The notes beneath the pieces are model-generated. The model made no database searches. It was given only the letters and a program-made list of their open reading frames with translations, and was not told where the DNA came from. DNA of 64,000 nt, from positions 32,745 to 96,744 of IMG/VR virus record IMGVR_UViG_2593339203_000002; one strand, given 5' to 3'. Of this stretch, positions 48,139 through 56,888 are shown in pieces (the first letter of the stretch is position 1; the number at the start of each line of letters is the position of its first letter). Made by a program: the position numbers and the translations under genes. The stretch comes from a virus. Lineage: Duplodnaviria > Caudoviricetes.

Positions 48139-48972
48139 TTGGCTCGTTGCGGATGCGGCGGTGGCGTGTGCAACTGCTCGCTGATCGCAGGTGAGAACGT
48201 CACGATCAGCGGCACGGGATCAGTGGCGAACCCCTTCAAGGTCTCCGCGGAGGTTCCGTGCGAGACGGTCCGGACGTGCTTTAGCGCCGGCCCCGGGATC
48301 GACCTGGACCAGACGTCCGGGATCATCGCCGCGGACCTCTCCGGGGAGGCCGGGAACAATCTGGTGATCGGGCCGGACGGCGGGCTCCTGGTGCCCACGG
48401 CGGCCGGGCAGATCCTCACCGGGTGCGGCCTGACCGGTGACGGATCGGGGAGCTCTCCGGTTGAGGCGGCCACCGGGACGTGGCCGTACGAGTGCCCGGT
48501 GGACGAGGCCGGCACGGTAATCGCGTGCGATTCGGCCGGCGTCCTGCGCGGGGAGCCGCGCGCGGTGGCTACGTTCACCACGTACTCCGAGGAGCGGACG
48601 TTCCCGGACATTGAGATCCCGCCGGGCTCCGTCCAGACGGTGGACAACTACGCTGTAACCGCCACGAACCCCTCCTCCTGCCGCCCGGCGATGATCCTGG
48701 CGGAGCAGGAGGTGGACGTGTGGATGGTCCTCCCGGCCGGCGCTGGCGGGGCGACTGGCTTCGACGGTGACGAGTGCTTCTACATGCGGAACACCGGCAC
48801 CAGCACCCTGACGAGCGTGCACGCGCAGGCAACGAAGTTCCTCTCCCGCGGCATGCTCGCGCCCGGGGCGTCCACGTCCGTCGGGTTCGGGGCGTCGGTC
48901 GGCAAGGGCTCCGGTGGCGCCTACTACTGGCGCATCAACTACATCCTCCGCGTGTTCCTCCTGGCTCTGTGA
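48139..48972 (+). CDS. Tail fibre/receptor-binding-like protein
   Basis: MARCGCGGGVCNC N-terminus; G.GS...PF and GN.L..G.DGGL motifs shared with 49435 protein. Confidence 0.7.
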   Translation: MARCGCGGGVCNCSLIAGENVTISGTGSVANPFKVSAEVPCETVRTCFSAGPGIDLDQTSGIIAADLSGEAGNNLVIGPDGGLLVPTAAGQILTGCGLTGDGSGSSPVEAATGTWPYECPVDEAGTVIACDSAGVLRGEPRAVATFTTYSEERTFPDIEIPPGSVQTVDNYAVTATNPSSCRPAMILAEQEVDVWMVLPAGAGGATGFDGDECFYMRNTGTSTLTSVHAQATKFLSRGMLAPGASTSVGFGASVGKGSGGAYYWRINYILRVFLLAL

Positions 48973-48981
48973 GGTCTGCTC

Positions 48982-49341
48982 ATGACGACTCCTGACTTCC
49001 CCTGGCCCTGGCCGTGGCCGGACTGGGAGCCCAACCCGACGCCGGTGAAGGCCTACGTCCAGTACGAGGACGGCTCACTGGGCTCGATCACCGTCACGGG
49101 CGGGAAGGTCCCCGACCTCGCGCGGCCGGGCCGCCTCATCCCCCGGGACGAGTACAACCGGCTCACCACGGCCATGACCGCCGCGCACACGGCGCGCCTG
49201 GACGCCATGGCCGCCGAGGACGCGGAGCGGCAGGTCCGGGAGTTCCGGGACCTCACGGCGGCCGGTATCCGGGAGGAGACGGCCCGCCGTCTCTCCGGCT
49301 ACGAGGGCCCCGCGGACGCCTCGGCCATGAGCGCGCCCTAG
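48982..49341 (+). CDS. Hypothetical protein, possible fibre assembly chaperone
   Basis: GAGG SD; follows fibre gene. Confidence 0.6.
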   Translation: MTTPDFPWPWPWPDWEPNPTPVKAYVQYEDGSLGSITVTGGKVPDLARPGRLIPRDEYNRLTTAMTAAHTARLDAMAAEDAERQVREFRDLTAAGIREETARRLSGYEGPADASAMSAP

Positions 49342-49342
49342 C

Positions 49343-49405
49343 TAGACTCCTGGTAGCCGACTGGTTATGGGCCGGGCGCAGCGCTGCTGCTGGTTGTGGG
49401 CCGGG
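49343..49405 (+). promoter_or_regulatory. -10 TAGACT plus two tandem 17-nt leader elements
   Basis: ACTGGTTATGGGCCGGG 49360-49376; GCTGGTTGTGGGCCGGG 49389-49405, 29 nt before ATG. Confidence 0.75.
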
Positions 49406-49434
49406 CGTCCCTCCGAAGTCTCCGGAGTACACCC

Positions 49435-51183
49435 ATGGCTCAGTTCGGCTGCGGCGGCTCCCGCTGCACCTGCCAGGTCACCGCCGGCCCGGGCGTCACC
49501 GTCACCGGCAACGGTTCCGCCGGCGCCCCCTACGTCATCGAATCCGAAGCGGGCACGGTCACGTGTGACCAGGTCCGCCCCTGCATCTCCGCCGGAGACG
49601 GCGCCTCCTACGACCCGGCCACGGGGGTGGTCGCCGCACGACCGTCGACCGACGCCGGGAACAGCCTCGGCTTCGGGACGGACGGCGGCCTCCTGGTCCC
49701 GCCCGCCGGCGCGCCCGCCCTGGAGGCCGGGGACACGGACACCGTGGACACCACGGTCACGGGCGCCGGGGTGCCCGGGGACCCGTTCGTGGTCTCGGCG
49801 GACGTGAAGCTGGACCCGACGCCGCCGCAGGGCGGTACCAACCTGATCGGCTCCGGGGCGGAAGGCCTCTTCCTGGAGTGCGCCGACGTCCGCGGTTGCT
49901 TCACCGCCGGGGACGGCATCGCCTACGACCCGGACACGGGCGAGATCGCCGCCCGGGTCTCCGAGGACGCCGGGAACCAAACGGTGATCGGAACGGACGG
50001 CGGGATCTACACCCCGGCCTCCGGCGGCTCCTCCACGTCCCTGGCCGCCGGGGACTCGGACACGGTGGACACCACCGTGGCAGGGAGCGGCACGGAGGCG
50101 GACCCCTTCGTGGTCTCCTCCACGGTCATCCTGGACCCCACCCCGCCGCAGGGCGGTACCAACCTGATCGGCTCCGGGACGGAAGGCCTCTTCCTGGAGT
50201 GCGCCGACGTCCGGGGATGCTTCACCGCCGGGGACGGCATCGCCTACGACGAGACCACGGGCGAGATCGCCGCGCGGCCGTCGACCGACGCCGGGAACGG
50301 CGTCTCCTTCGGCACGGACGGCGGCCTCTACGCGCCTGCCGCCTCCACGGCTCTGCAGGCCGGGGACACGAACACCGTGGACACCACGATCACGGGCACG
50401 GGGGAGGCCGGGGACCCGTACGTGGTGGCGGCGGACGTCATCGTGGCGCCGGAGCCGAACGGCCTGGAGGCCACGGATGACGGGCTCCTGGTGGCGCCCT
50501 CGGCCGACGCCGGGAACCAGCTCACCATGGGCACGGACGGCCGGCTCTTCGTCCCGCCGGACGAGCCGCTGGAGATCGGGTGCGGTCTCCAGGGCGACGG
50601 CACCGCGGCTGCGCCCCTGGCCGCCTTCCCCATCGCCGGGGAGCAGCCCTGGACGGATGACTGGGACTGCGACGCGGCGGCGAACAGCACGCTGAAGTGT
50701 GACCCGGGCACGGGAGCCCTGTGGACCCCGCCGGAGCACACCAGCGCGGCCGTCACCCTCCAGCAGAACCACCCGGTGACCGGGCTCGCCTTCACGGACA
50801 CCGGCGGCGCCGTCGTCGTCTCCGAGGACGCCTGGTCCGCTGGCCAGTACACCGCGGACACCCTCACGACCTGCCGCGGCGTCTCCTACTCGGTCCGGTT
50901 CACCGGCCACCTCGAGGTGTCATGGACGGCCAACGCCCGGTTCGACGTCGGATACGCAATCCAGATCGACGGCGGCGGCCTGGCCGTGCGGCTCATGCAC
51001 AGCATCCTCGCGGACGGGCCCGCCGGCCGGGAGCGCTGGACGTTCAACCTCTCGGAGGCCGCCGTCCTGCCCCCGCACACCGGCAAGAACGTGCGGGTAT
51101 ACCCGGCCATCCGCGTGACCGCGGGCACCGCCACGATCCAACAGTGGATCACCGACACCGACCTCATCGTGATCACCCGGTAA
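49435..51183 (+). CDS. Long tail fibre-like protein with about 107-aa tandem repeats
   Basis: GGAG SD before ATG 49435; 321-bp DNA repeat period (LDPTPPQGGTNLIGSG.EGLFLECADVRGCF). Confidence 0.75.
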   Translation: MAQFGCGGSRCTCQVTAGPGVTVTGNGSAGAPYVIESEAGTVTCDQVRPCISAGDGASYDPATGVVAARPSTDAGNSLGFGTDGGLLVPPAGAPALEAGDTDTVDTTVTGAGVPGDPFVVSADVKLDPTPPQGGTNLIGSGAEGLFLECADVRGCFTAGDGIAYDPDTGEIAARVSEDAGNQTVIGTDGGIYTPASGGSSTSLAAGDSDTVDTTVAGSGTEADPFVVSSTVILDPTPPQGGTNLIGSGTEGLFLECADVRGCFTAGDGIAYDETTGEIAARPSTDAGNGVSFGTDGGLYAPAASTALQAGDTNTVDTTITGTGEAGDPYVVAADVIVAPEPNGLEATDDGLLVAPSADAGNQLTMGTDGRLFVPPDEPLEIGCGLQGDGTAAAPLAAFPIAGEQPWTDDWDCDAAANSTLKCDPGTGALWTPPEHTSAAVTLQQNHPVTGLAFTDTGGAVVVSEDAWSAGQYTADTLTTCRGVSYSVRFTGHLEVSWTANARFDVGYAIQIDGGGLAVRLMHSILADGPAGRERWTFNLSEAAVLPPHTGKNVRVYPAIRVTAGTATIQQWITDTDLIVITR

Positions 51184-51195
51184 GGAGCCCTACCC

Positions 51196-51369
51196 GTGCG
51201 CTACTTCCTCAACGACGCCGGCGGATGGATGTCCGTGAGCGGTGACGCCGACCTCTTCAACGTCGTGCCGGACGGGTACCGGGAGGTGACGGAAGCCGAG
51301 TTCAACGAGGCGGCCGGCGTCATCACCCTGGAGCCGCCGCAGCCGAAGGACCCCGAGCCGGCCGAGTAA
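51196..51369 (+). CDS. 57-aa acidic protein, possible fibre chaperone (absent from supplied ORF track)
   Basis: TAAGGAG SD; MRYFLNDAGGWMSVSG...YREVTEAEFNE. Confidence 0.7.
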   Translation: MRYFLNDAGGWMSVSGDADLFNVVPDGYREVTEAEFNEAAGVITLEPPQPKDPEPAE

Positions 51370-51378
51370 CGGCCCGCT

Positions 51379-51411
51379 GCTGTGGGCCGGGGAGCACCCC
51401 CGGCCCACAGC
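51379..51411 (+). terminator. Hairpin ending the tail module
   Basis: GCTGTGGGCCGGGG-N5-CCCCGGCCCACAGC. Confidence 0.65.
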
Positions 51412-51444
51412 TACACTCCCCGTAGCCGCTGGTTCTGGGCCGGG
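51412..51444 (+). promoter_or_regulatory. -10-like TACACT plus 17-nt leader element before lysis cassette
   Basis: GCTGGTTCTGGGCCGGG 51428-51444. Confidence 0.75.
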
Positions 51445-51610
51445 CCAAGGAACGTCCCCACACGGGAGACCTCTTGGCACCCGAAAGCCACCAGGCGGCG
51501 CCCGCCGTACGCGTCTCGTACGGCGTCTCCTCTCGGCCTCGCCGCCACCAGCTCCGCGCACGCCGCATTGCGCTGCCCGCATCCGGCCGGCCCGCCTGGA
51601 GGTGGTCACG

Positions 51611-52537
51611 GTGAAGTTCGTTGAGCGTGAGGACTGGGGCGCGCCGGCGTCGTCCCCGGCGGCCTACCTCGGGTCCGCCCGGGGCGTGAAGTTCCACTAC
51701 CTGGGGACGGAGTACACCTCCCGGTCGCACTCCCTCTGTGACGACTACGTGAGGTCCATCCGCGCCTCCCACCTGGCGAACGTCCAGGAGAACTATGTGG
51801 ACATCGCGTACACGGCCCTGGTGTGTGAGCACGGGTCCGTGTTCGAGGGGCGCGGCTCCCACAAGCGGCCGGGCGCGAACGGGAACGCGGACCTCAACTC
51901 CCGGGACTACGCCGTGTGCGCGCTCCTCGGCTCCAAGGGGCTGACGACCCCGCCGGATGCGATGCTCCACGGCCTTCGGGACGCCCTGGAGTGGCTGCGC
52001 CGGGACGGGAACGCCGGTACGTGGATCGGCGGCCACCGGGACGGCTACGCCACTGAGTGCCCCGGGGACAAGCTGTACGCGTGGGTCCAGCGGGGCGCGC
52101 CCCGGCCGGGCTCGGCGCCGGCCCCGGCGGATGACGTCTACGTGGTGAAGGCGGGGGACTACCTCTCCGTCATCGCCCGGCGCCTGGACGTCCCTTGGAA
52201 GGAACTCGCGAAGGTCAACGGGCTCCGCGCCCCGTACACGATCTATCCGGGCCAGGAGCTCACCATCCCCGACGGGGCCGCCCGACCGGTGCCGCCGTTC
52301 CCCGGTACGGGGGCGTTCGTGATCGGCCGCTCCCACTCGGCCGTGGTCACGCTGGACGAGGGCCTGATCCGGGGCGGCTGGACGCGCCACCACGACGGCA
52401 ACGGCTACCAGAAGGGGCCGGTGTTCACGGAGTACACCAGGCGGAACGTGGCGGACTTCCAGCGGTCCCGCGCCGAGCTCCGCGGGGACCCGGACGGCTA
52501 CCCCGGCCCGCTTACCTGGCGCCTCCTCCTCTCCTAG
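51611..52537 (+). CDS. Endolysin: amidase_2 (PGRP-like), LysM and peptidoglycan-binding domain
   Basis: REDWGA, HY, DIAY, VFEGRG, GHRD..ATECPG; YVVKAGDYLS.IA LysM; DGYPGPLTW; GGAGGTG SD. Confidence 0.9.
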   Translation: MKFVEREDWGAPASSPAAYLGSARGVKFHYLGTEYTSRSHSLCDDYVRSIRASHLANVQENYVDIAYTALVCEHGSVFEGRGSHKRPGANGNADLNSRDYAVCALLGSKGLTTPPDAMLHGLRDALEWLRRDGNAGTWIGGHRDGYATECPGDKLYAWVQRGAPRPGSAPAPADDVYVVKAGDYLSVIARRLDVPWKELAKVNGLRAPYTIYPGQELTIPDGAARPVPPFPGTGAFVIGRSHSAVVTLDEGLIRGGWTRHHDGNGYQKGPVFTEYTRRNVADFQRSRAELRGDPDGYPGPLTWRLLLS

Positions 52538-52550
52538 ACGGGACTTCCGC

Positions 52551-52796
52551 ATGGCACAGCACGCACGCCGCCCGGTGGAGGCGAAGGTCAAGGCCGGGAC
52601 GGCGCTCACCTACCTCGCCGGTGTCGCCGGGCTCTCCGTCGTCAACGCCGTCCAGGGTGACCCGCTCCTCATCGGCGGCCTCCCGGACTGGCTGGAGCCG
52701 TTCGTCCTCTCCCTCCTCCCGGCGGCAGGGTCGGCCATCGGCGGGTGGATAGCTCCGCACACCCCGGCACCGGACGCCGACGCGCAGGGCGGGTGA
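52551..52796 (+). CDS. Holin
   Basis: 81 aa, two hydrophobic segments, PVEAKVKA..GW.APHT; follows endolysin. Confidence 0.75.
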   Translation: MAQHARRPVEAKVKAGTALTYLAGVAGLSVVNAVQGDPLLIGGLPDWLEPFVLSLLPAAGSAIGGWIAPHTPAPDADAQGG

Positions 52797-52799
52797 CCC

Positions 52800-53297
52800 G
52801 TGGCGGCTGAAACGGGAATCCCAGCTCTGGACACGGTCCTGGTGTGGGGCGGGGCGGTCTCCCTCGGCGCCGGCCTCCTCACCCTGGGGTGGCGGCTCGT
52901 CCGTGGCCTGGTCCGACTCGGCCGGCGGGTGGAGCACGTGATGGACGACTGGCAGGGGGAGGAGGCACGGCCCGGGGTGGCCGCGCGGCCGGGCGTCATG
53001 GAGCGCATGGCCGGGCTGGAGGGCCGTATGGGAGGGGTGGAGGAAGACCTCCGGCGTATCCGGCACGAGCTCTACCCCAACTCCGGGGAAAGCCTCCGGG
53101 ACGCGGTGGACCTGGCGAACCATCGTCTGGCCCTCTTGTGCCCGGAGGAGCCCACCGGCCGTCCGGGGACGGGTGTCCCCGAGGGGGACAGGCGGGGAGA
53201 CAACCGTCCCGAGCCAGGAGACGCGGACGGGTGGGCACCCGACGTGACCAGCGGGGACACCTCCGGGGACAACCCCGGGGACGCCGGGGGACAGTGA
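52800..53297 (+). CDS. Lysis-cassette membrane protein (TM plus coiled coil)
   Basis: N-terminal TM, GVMERM, HELYPNSGESLRDAVD. Confidence 0.7.
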   Translation: MAAETGIPALDTVLVWGGAVSLGAGLLTLGWRLVRGLVRLGRRVEHVMDDWQGEEARPGVAARPGVMERMAGLEGRMGGVEEDLRRIRHELYPNSGESLRDAVDLANHRLALLCPEEPTGRPGTGVPEGDRRGDNRPEPGDADGWAPDVTSGDTSGDNPGDAGGQ

Positions 53298-53379
53298 CGG
53301 AACGTCCGTCCCCCGCCTGACTGAGCGCCCGCTCCCAACCGTCCCGGGGAGCGGGCGCTCTGCCGTACCATCCCGGGCC

Positions 53380-53829
53380 ATGACGAAGAGCTCGGGCGAA
53401 CGCACGACGACCACGGACGCGGACACGGAGGACCTGGAGGCCATCATCAGGAGCGCCGCGCCGACGCTCCTGGACGAGGCGTTCCGGGCCATGCTCGCCG
53501 AGCGAGAGCGGGCGCGTACGGCGCCGCCGGAGCCGGAGCCGGTCCTGCCCCGGCCGGACCCCGGCCCGGGCATCTTCGGGTACGGCGGGGAGGTCCGCTG
53601 GCACTGCCGGCACTGGTGCGGCTGGTACCACGCGGAGCGGCCCGACCTCGACGTGATCGGCCCCGTGGTGATCCCGGCGGACGGCGGCCCGGACGACGTC
53701 TCCGCGGCGATCACCCGGCAGGCGAAGGGACGTCATCAGGCCCGCCACGACCGGGTCTTGGCGGCCGTCACGGAGCACTACGAGCAGGAGCACCAGGAGG
53801 CGGAGTCCGCTTCGCACTCCGGCCGGTGA
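53380..53829 (+). CDS. Hypothetical protein with CxxxC motif
   Basis: 149 aa; TACCAT -10-like hexamer just before ATG. Confidence 0.6.
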   Translation: MTKSSGERTTTTDADTEDLEAIIRSAAPTLLDEAFRAMLAERERARTAPPEPEPVLPRPDPGPGIFGYGGEVRWHCRHWCGWYHAERPDLDVIGPVVIPADGGPDDVSAAITRQAKGRHQARHDRVLAAVTEHYEQEHQEAESASHSGR

Positions 53830-53920
53830 ACTAGGGTCGTCGGCGTCCAAGCTGGTGCTGCCAGATCGGATCCCAGGAAGAGCGCTCCGCCGGATGATGC
53901 CCCGGCGGGGCGCTCGTCTT

Positions 53921-54109
53921 CTACGCGGCGGTAGCAGGCCGGTCGCAGCCGGGGCAGCCCGGGCAGCCGTCGACCCACCGGGTGAGGAGGTGGAGCCACT
54001 GCGTGCTCCGGGCGTCGCTGGCTGGCTGTTCCATGAGGATTCGGATTCGCTCGTTGACCTCTTCCCGGGCAGGGCAGTAGAGGCCGTCTGGCCTGGTGGG
54101 GGAGGGCAT
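53921..54109 (-). CDS. Small protein divergent from XRE gene
   Basis: EVNERIR.LM motif; TACCGT-N6-ATG leaderless layout. Confidence 0.55.
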   Translation of the reverse strand: MPSPTRPDGLYCPAREEVNERIRILMEQPASDARSTQWLHLLTRWVDGCPGCPGCDRPATAA

Positions 54110-54231
54110 ACACCTACGGTAAGGCCGACCGCCGACAGCCGGATACGTCAACGCCCCGTGTGCTCGGGGGAGTCACGGGGCGTCAACGCGAGTACCGTTT
54201 TGAGTGTCTAGGTCAAAACGGAGGCTCCAGT

Positions 54232-55485
54232 ATGGCGCACAACTCAACCCCGTTGGGAGACACCGTCCGTGCGTACCGTCGGACAGCGGGATGGACTCAG
54301 GAACGGCTCGCGGAGGAGGCCGGTCTCTCCCTGGGCACCGTAAGGAACATCGAGCAGCGCGGACACGCGAGGTTGGACACTTTGAGTCAGGTCGCACAGG
54401 CATTTGACGTGCCGACCTCCGCCCTCTTCGCGCCGGGTGTCCCGCACCCGGTGGGCGAGGACGACAGCGCGAACCGGCAACTCCTGGCGTCCCTCCGGCA
54501 GGCGCTGATGCCGCCGGTAGGGATCGAGGGAGAGAACCTGGCGGACCCCGGCGAGGCGGCGGACATCCCGGCCATCCGGCGGTCGATCGAGGACGCCCTG
54601 TCTCTATACAACTCGGACCGGTACGAGTCGGTGGCCCTCATGCTCCCCGGGCTCCTGCGCCAGGCCGACGCCGCGGTGCTGGTTGCCGAGGAAGAGGAGC
54701 GGCAGCGGGAGGCCACCCTTGTGCGGGCCCACGCGCTCCTCCTGGCCGGGAAGTACCTGACGCAGGTACGGCAGTACGACATGGCTTACCAGGCGCTCGT
54801 GGAGGGCATCAGACTGGGCCGGGAGCTGGACAGCACGCTGACCGCGGCGACCGGTGTCACGGGACTGTGCTGGCTACTCCTCCGCCAGGACCGGTTCGAC
54901 GAGGCGGAGCGGCTGGCGGCCACCACGGCCGAGGCCATCGAGCCCAAGCTGTCCACCGCGTCCCTGGGGGAACTGGCGGCGTGGGGGGAGCTCTGCCTCC
55001 GTGTCGCCGCCGCAGCCATCCGGAACAACCGGGACGATGAGGCCGAGCAGGCGCGGCGGATGGCGGCCACTGCAGCGTCCGCTATGGGACACGAACATCG
55101 GGACTACCGGACCCACTGGGGCCGCTTCGGCCCGGCCACTGTGGAGGTCAAGTCCGTGGAGGACCTTTCCCTGGCCGGTGACGCACACGGTGTCCTCAGC
55201 CGTAAGGACAAGGGCCTCCTGTCGAAGGAGAGTCTGGAGGCTGTAGGCCGGCCTGCCGCGATCAACTGGTACCGCCACCGGCTGGACATCGCGAAGGCTC
55301 ACGTAAAGGTTGGGTCGACGCAGGACGCCATGGAAGAGCTCGGACGCATCCGGAAGAGGGCGCCCTCCTGGATCCGGCACCAGCCCATGGCGCGGTACGT
55401 CATGGAAGACATCCTCAAGACCCGGAAGCGGACTCTTACGCGGGACATGCGGCAGATGGCCGGGTTCCTCAACGTCCGTGCCTGA
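54232..55485 (+). CDS. XRE-family HTH regulator with large helical C-terminal domain
   Basis: GWTQERLAEEAGLSLGTVRNIEQ; GGAGG SD. Confidence 0.85.
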   Translation: MAHNSTPLGDTVRAYRRTAGWTQERLAEEAGLSLGTVRNIEQRGHARLDTLSQVAQAFDVPTSALFAPGVPHPVGEDDSANRQLLASLRQALMPPVGIEGENLADPGEAADIPAIRRSIEDALSLYNSDRYESVALMLPGLLRQADAAVLVAEEEERQREATLVRAHALLLAGKYLTQVRQYDMAYQALVEGIRLGRELDSTLTAATGVTGLCWLLLRQDRFDEAERLAATTAEAIEPKLSTASLGELAAWGELCLRVAAAAIRNNRDDEAEQARRMAATAASAMGHEHRDYRTHWGRFGPATVEVKSVEDLSLAGDAHGVLSRKDKGLLSKESLEAVGRPAAINWYRHRLDIAKAHVKVGSTQDAMEELGRIRKRAPSWIRHQPMARYVMEDILKTRKRTLTRDMRQMAGFLNVRA

Positions 55486-55508
55486 CGGATCACCAGAAAT
55501 ACCAAGCT

Positions 55509-55548
55509 GGTTGGTAGTTAGCCAGTCACCCACGGCTAACTACCAACC
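55509..55548. repeat. Perfect 15-bp inverted repeat (operator or terminator)
   Basis: GGTTGGTAGTTAGCC-N10-GGCTAACTACCAACC. Confidence 0.8.
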
Positions 55549-55624
55549 GCGCTGTGTGGTCCACGCCACACCCCGGCCGTACGGTCCATGTACCAACCAC
55601 TGGACCTACGCCAGGGACACAGTC

Positions 55625-55795
55625 ATGCGTAGAACAACCGCCGACCGGCAACGGCGCCGCGCGCTGGTGGACATCTCGGTAACGGCCACCACGCCCGTGA
55701 CGGAGCCCGGACCGGTCCTCCCTTTCCCCATCAACCCCCCGCTCCTCCCGCCGCGCGCCGAGCGCCCGCGCCGGAGCCTGGAGGCGGCCGAATGA
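55625..55795 (+). CDS. Small hypothetical protein
   Basis: AGGGA SD; ATGA overlap with next gene. Confidence 0.45.
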   Translation: MRRTTADRQRRRALVDISVTATTPVTEPGPVLPFPINPPLLPPRAERPRRSLEAAE

Positions 55796-56340
55796 GCGGG
55801 GACGAGTTCGAGTGCATGGCCGTGGAGGGGACGGCCGTGACAACGCTGCCGGAACGGCAGCTCGCCGTGGGCCACTGGCTCCTCAGCGCCGCCGAGAACC
55901 GACAGACCGCACAAGGCCAGTGGGACGCCCAGGACCTGGCGCTCTTGCAGTGCGGCGGCATCCTCTCCGCCGTCCGTGTCCCGGCCCGCCTGGTGTGGGC
56001 GGCGGCCAGCTCCGAAGACCTCCACGTAGTGGACGACTACCTCCGCCGCTGGTTCGACAGCGGCGCAGTGCTCATGGACCTCCACTCCCTCCTGTACTAC
56101 TTCCTGGTGCCCGGCACCACGCCGTGGCGGTGGACGGAACGGGAGTTCCCCGGCGTCCACTGTCTCGGCCGGGACGACCACTACCTGGGAGTGCCCGCGC
56201 CCCGGCTCACGGAGCCGCGCGGGCGCGCGTACTGGTGCGTCCCGATGGACTCACCCGGTGACCTCTGCTACCCGGACGAGGTGGAGGGGCTATTGAAGGC
56301 CGGCCGGGCGGCACGCGCCTTAGAGGGCGGCGCCCGATGA
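55792..56340 (+). CDS. Hypothetical protein, weakly Prim-Pol N-terminal-like
   Basis: GGAGG SD; YYFLVP, CLG...YLGVPAP, YW.VP. Confidence 0.65.
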   Translation: MSGDEFECMAVEGTAVTTLPERQLAVGHWLLSAAENRQTAQGQWDAQDLALLQCGGILSAVRVPARLVWAAASSEDLHVVDDYLRRWFDSGAVLMDLHSLLYYFLVPGTTPWRWTEREFPGVHCLGRDDHYLGVPAPRLTEPRGRAYWCVPMDSPGDLCYPDEVEGLLKAGRAARALEGGAR

Positions 56341-56888
56341 CGACGGAGACATATGCACCTACCCCGGCCGGGGAGATCCCCGCGCCGCGCCCGACACCGG
56401 GCGAAGCGGCCGCCGCGATGGGACCGATGCCGTGGCTGACGGCCACCGGGCGCATAGACCAGGTCCTCACCGCGTGGGGCCGCGGGGAACTCGCGGAGGT
56501 CCCGTCCGGGATCTCCTTCGACGTCCTCCTGACCCCGTTGACACTCGGCCGGGACACCGTCCACCGGATGCATGCGGCCGGCCGCCAGGTCGGGCCCGTC
56601 GTCCTCGGCCCGCTCGGCGCGGAGTTCATCGTCGAACGCGGCTCCGCTACTGGCTGGTCCGCCTCTCACTCTCTCGTCCTTCGCCAGGGCGCCCTGGTCC
56701 TCCTCCCGCCACCCGGCGACGACACTCACGTGGTGGGCTCCCGGAGCTGGCTCGTGCCGCCGTGCCGCCCCGAGACGGGCGCGCCGCTCTGCTGCGCCGA
56801 GCTGACGATGGCCGGCGCCCTCGCGGAGCCGTTCCAGGCGGCCGTCCAGGACGCGGCAGCCCGGAGGGAGTGGCCGTGCGCCCGGTGA
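56337..56888 (+). CDS. Hypothetical protein, distant relative of preceding gene
   Basis: FDV, VGPV, LLPP...SWLVPP; ATGA overlap. Confidence 0.6.
   Translation: MTTETYAPTPAGEIPAPRPTPGEAAAAMGPMPWLTATGRIDQVLTAWGRGELAEVPSGISFDVLLTPLTLGRDTVHRMHAAGRQVGPVVLGPLGAEFIVERGSATGWSASHSLVLRQGALVLLPPPGDDTHVVGSRSWLVPPCRPETGAPLCCAELTMAGALAEPFQAAVQDAAARREWPCAR

Noticed and set aside
47320-51183. Diversity-generating retroelement or invertible fibre cassette
   Set aside because: No reverse transcriptase, invertase or adenine-specific TR/VR pair seen; repeats are in-frame domain duplications.
24341-51444. 17-nt repeats as a CRISPR array
   Set aside because: Copies are dispersed singly or in pairs in gene leaders, with no regular spacers and no cas genes.
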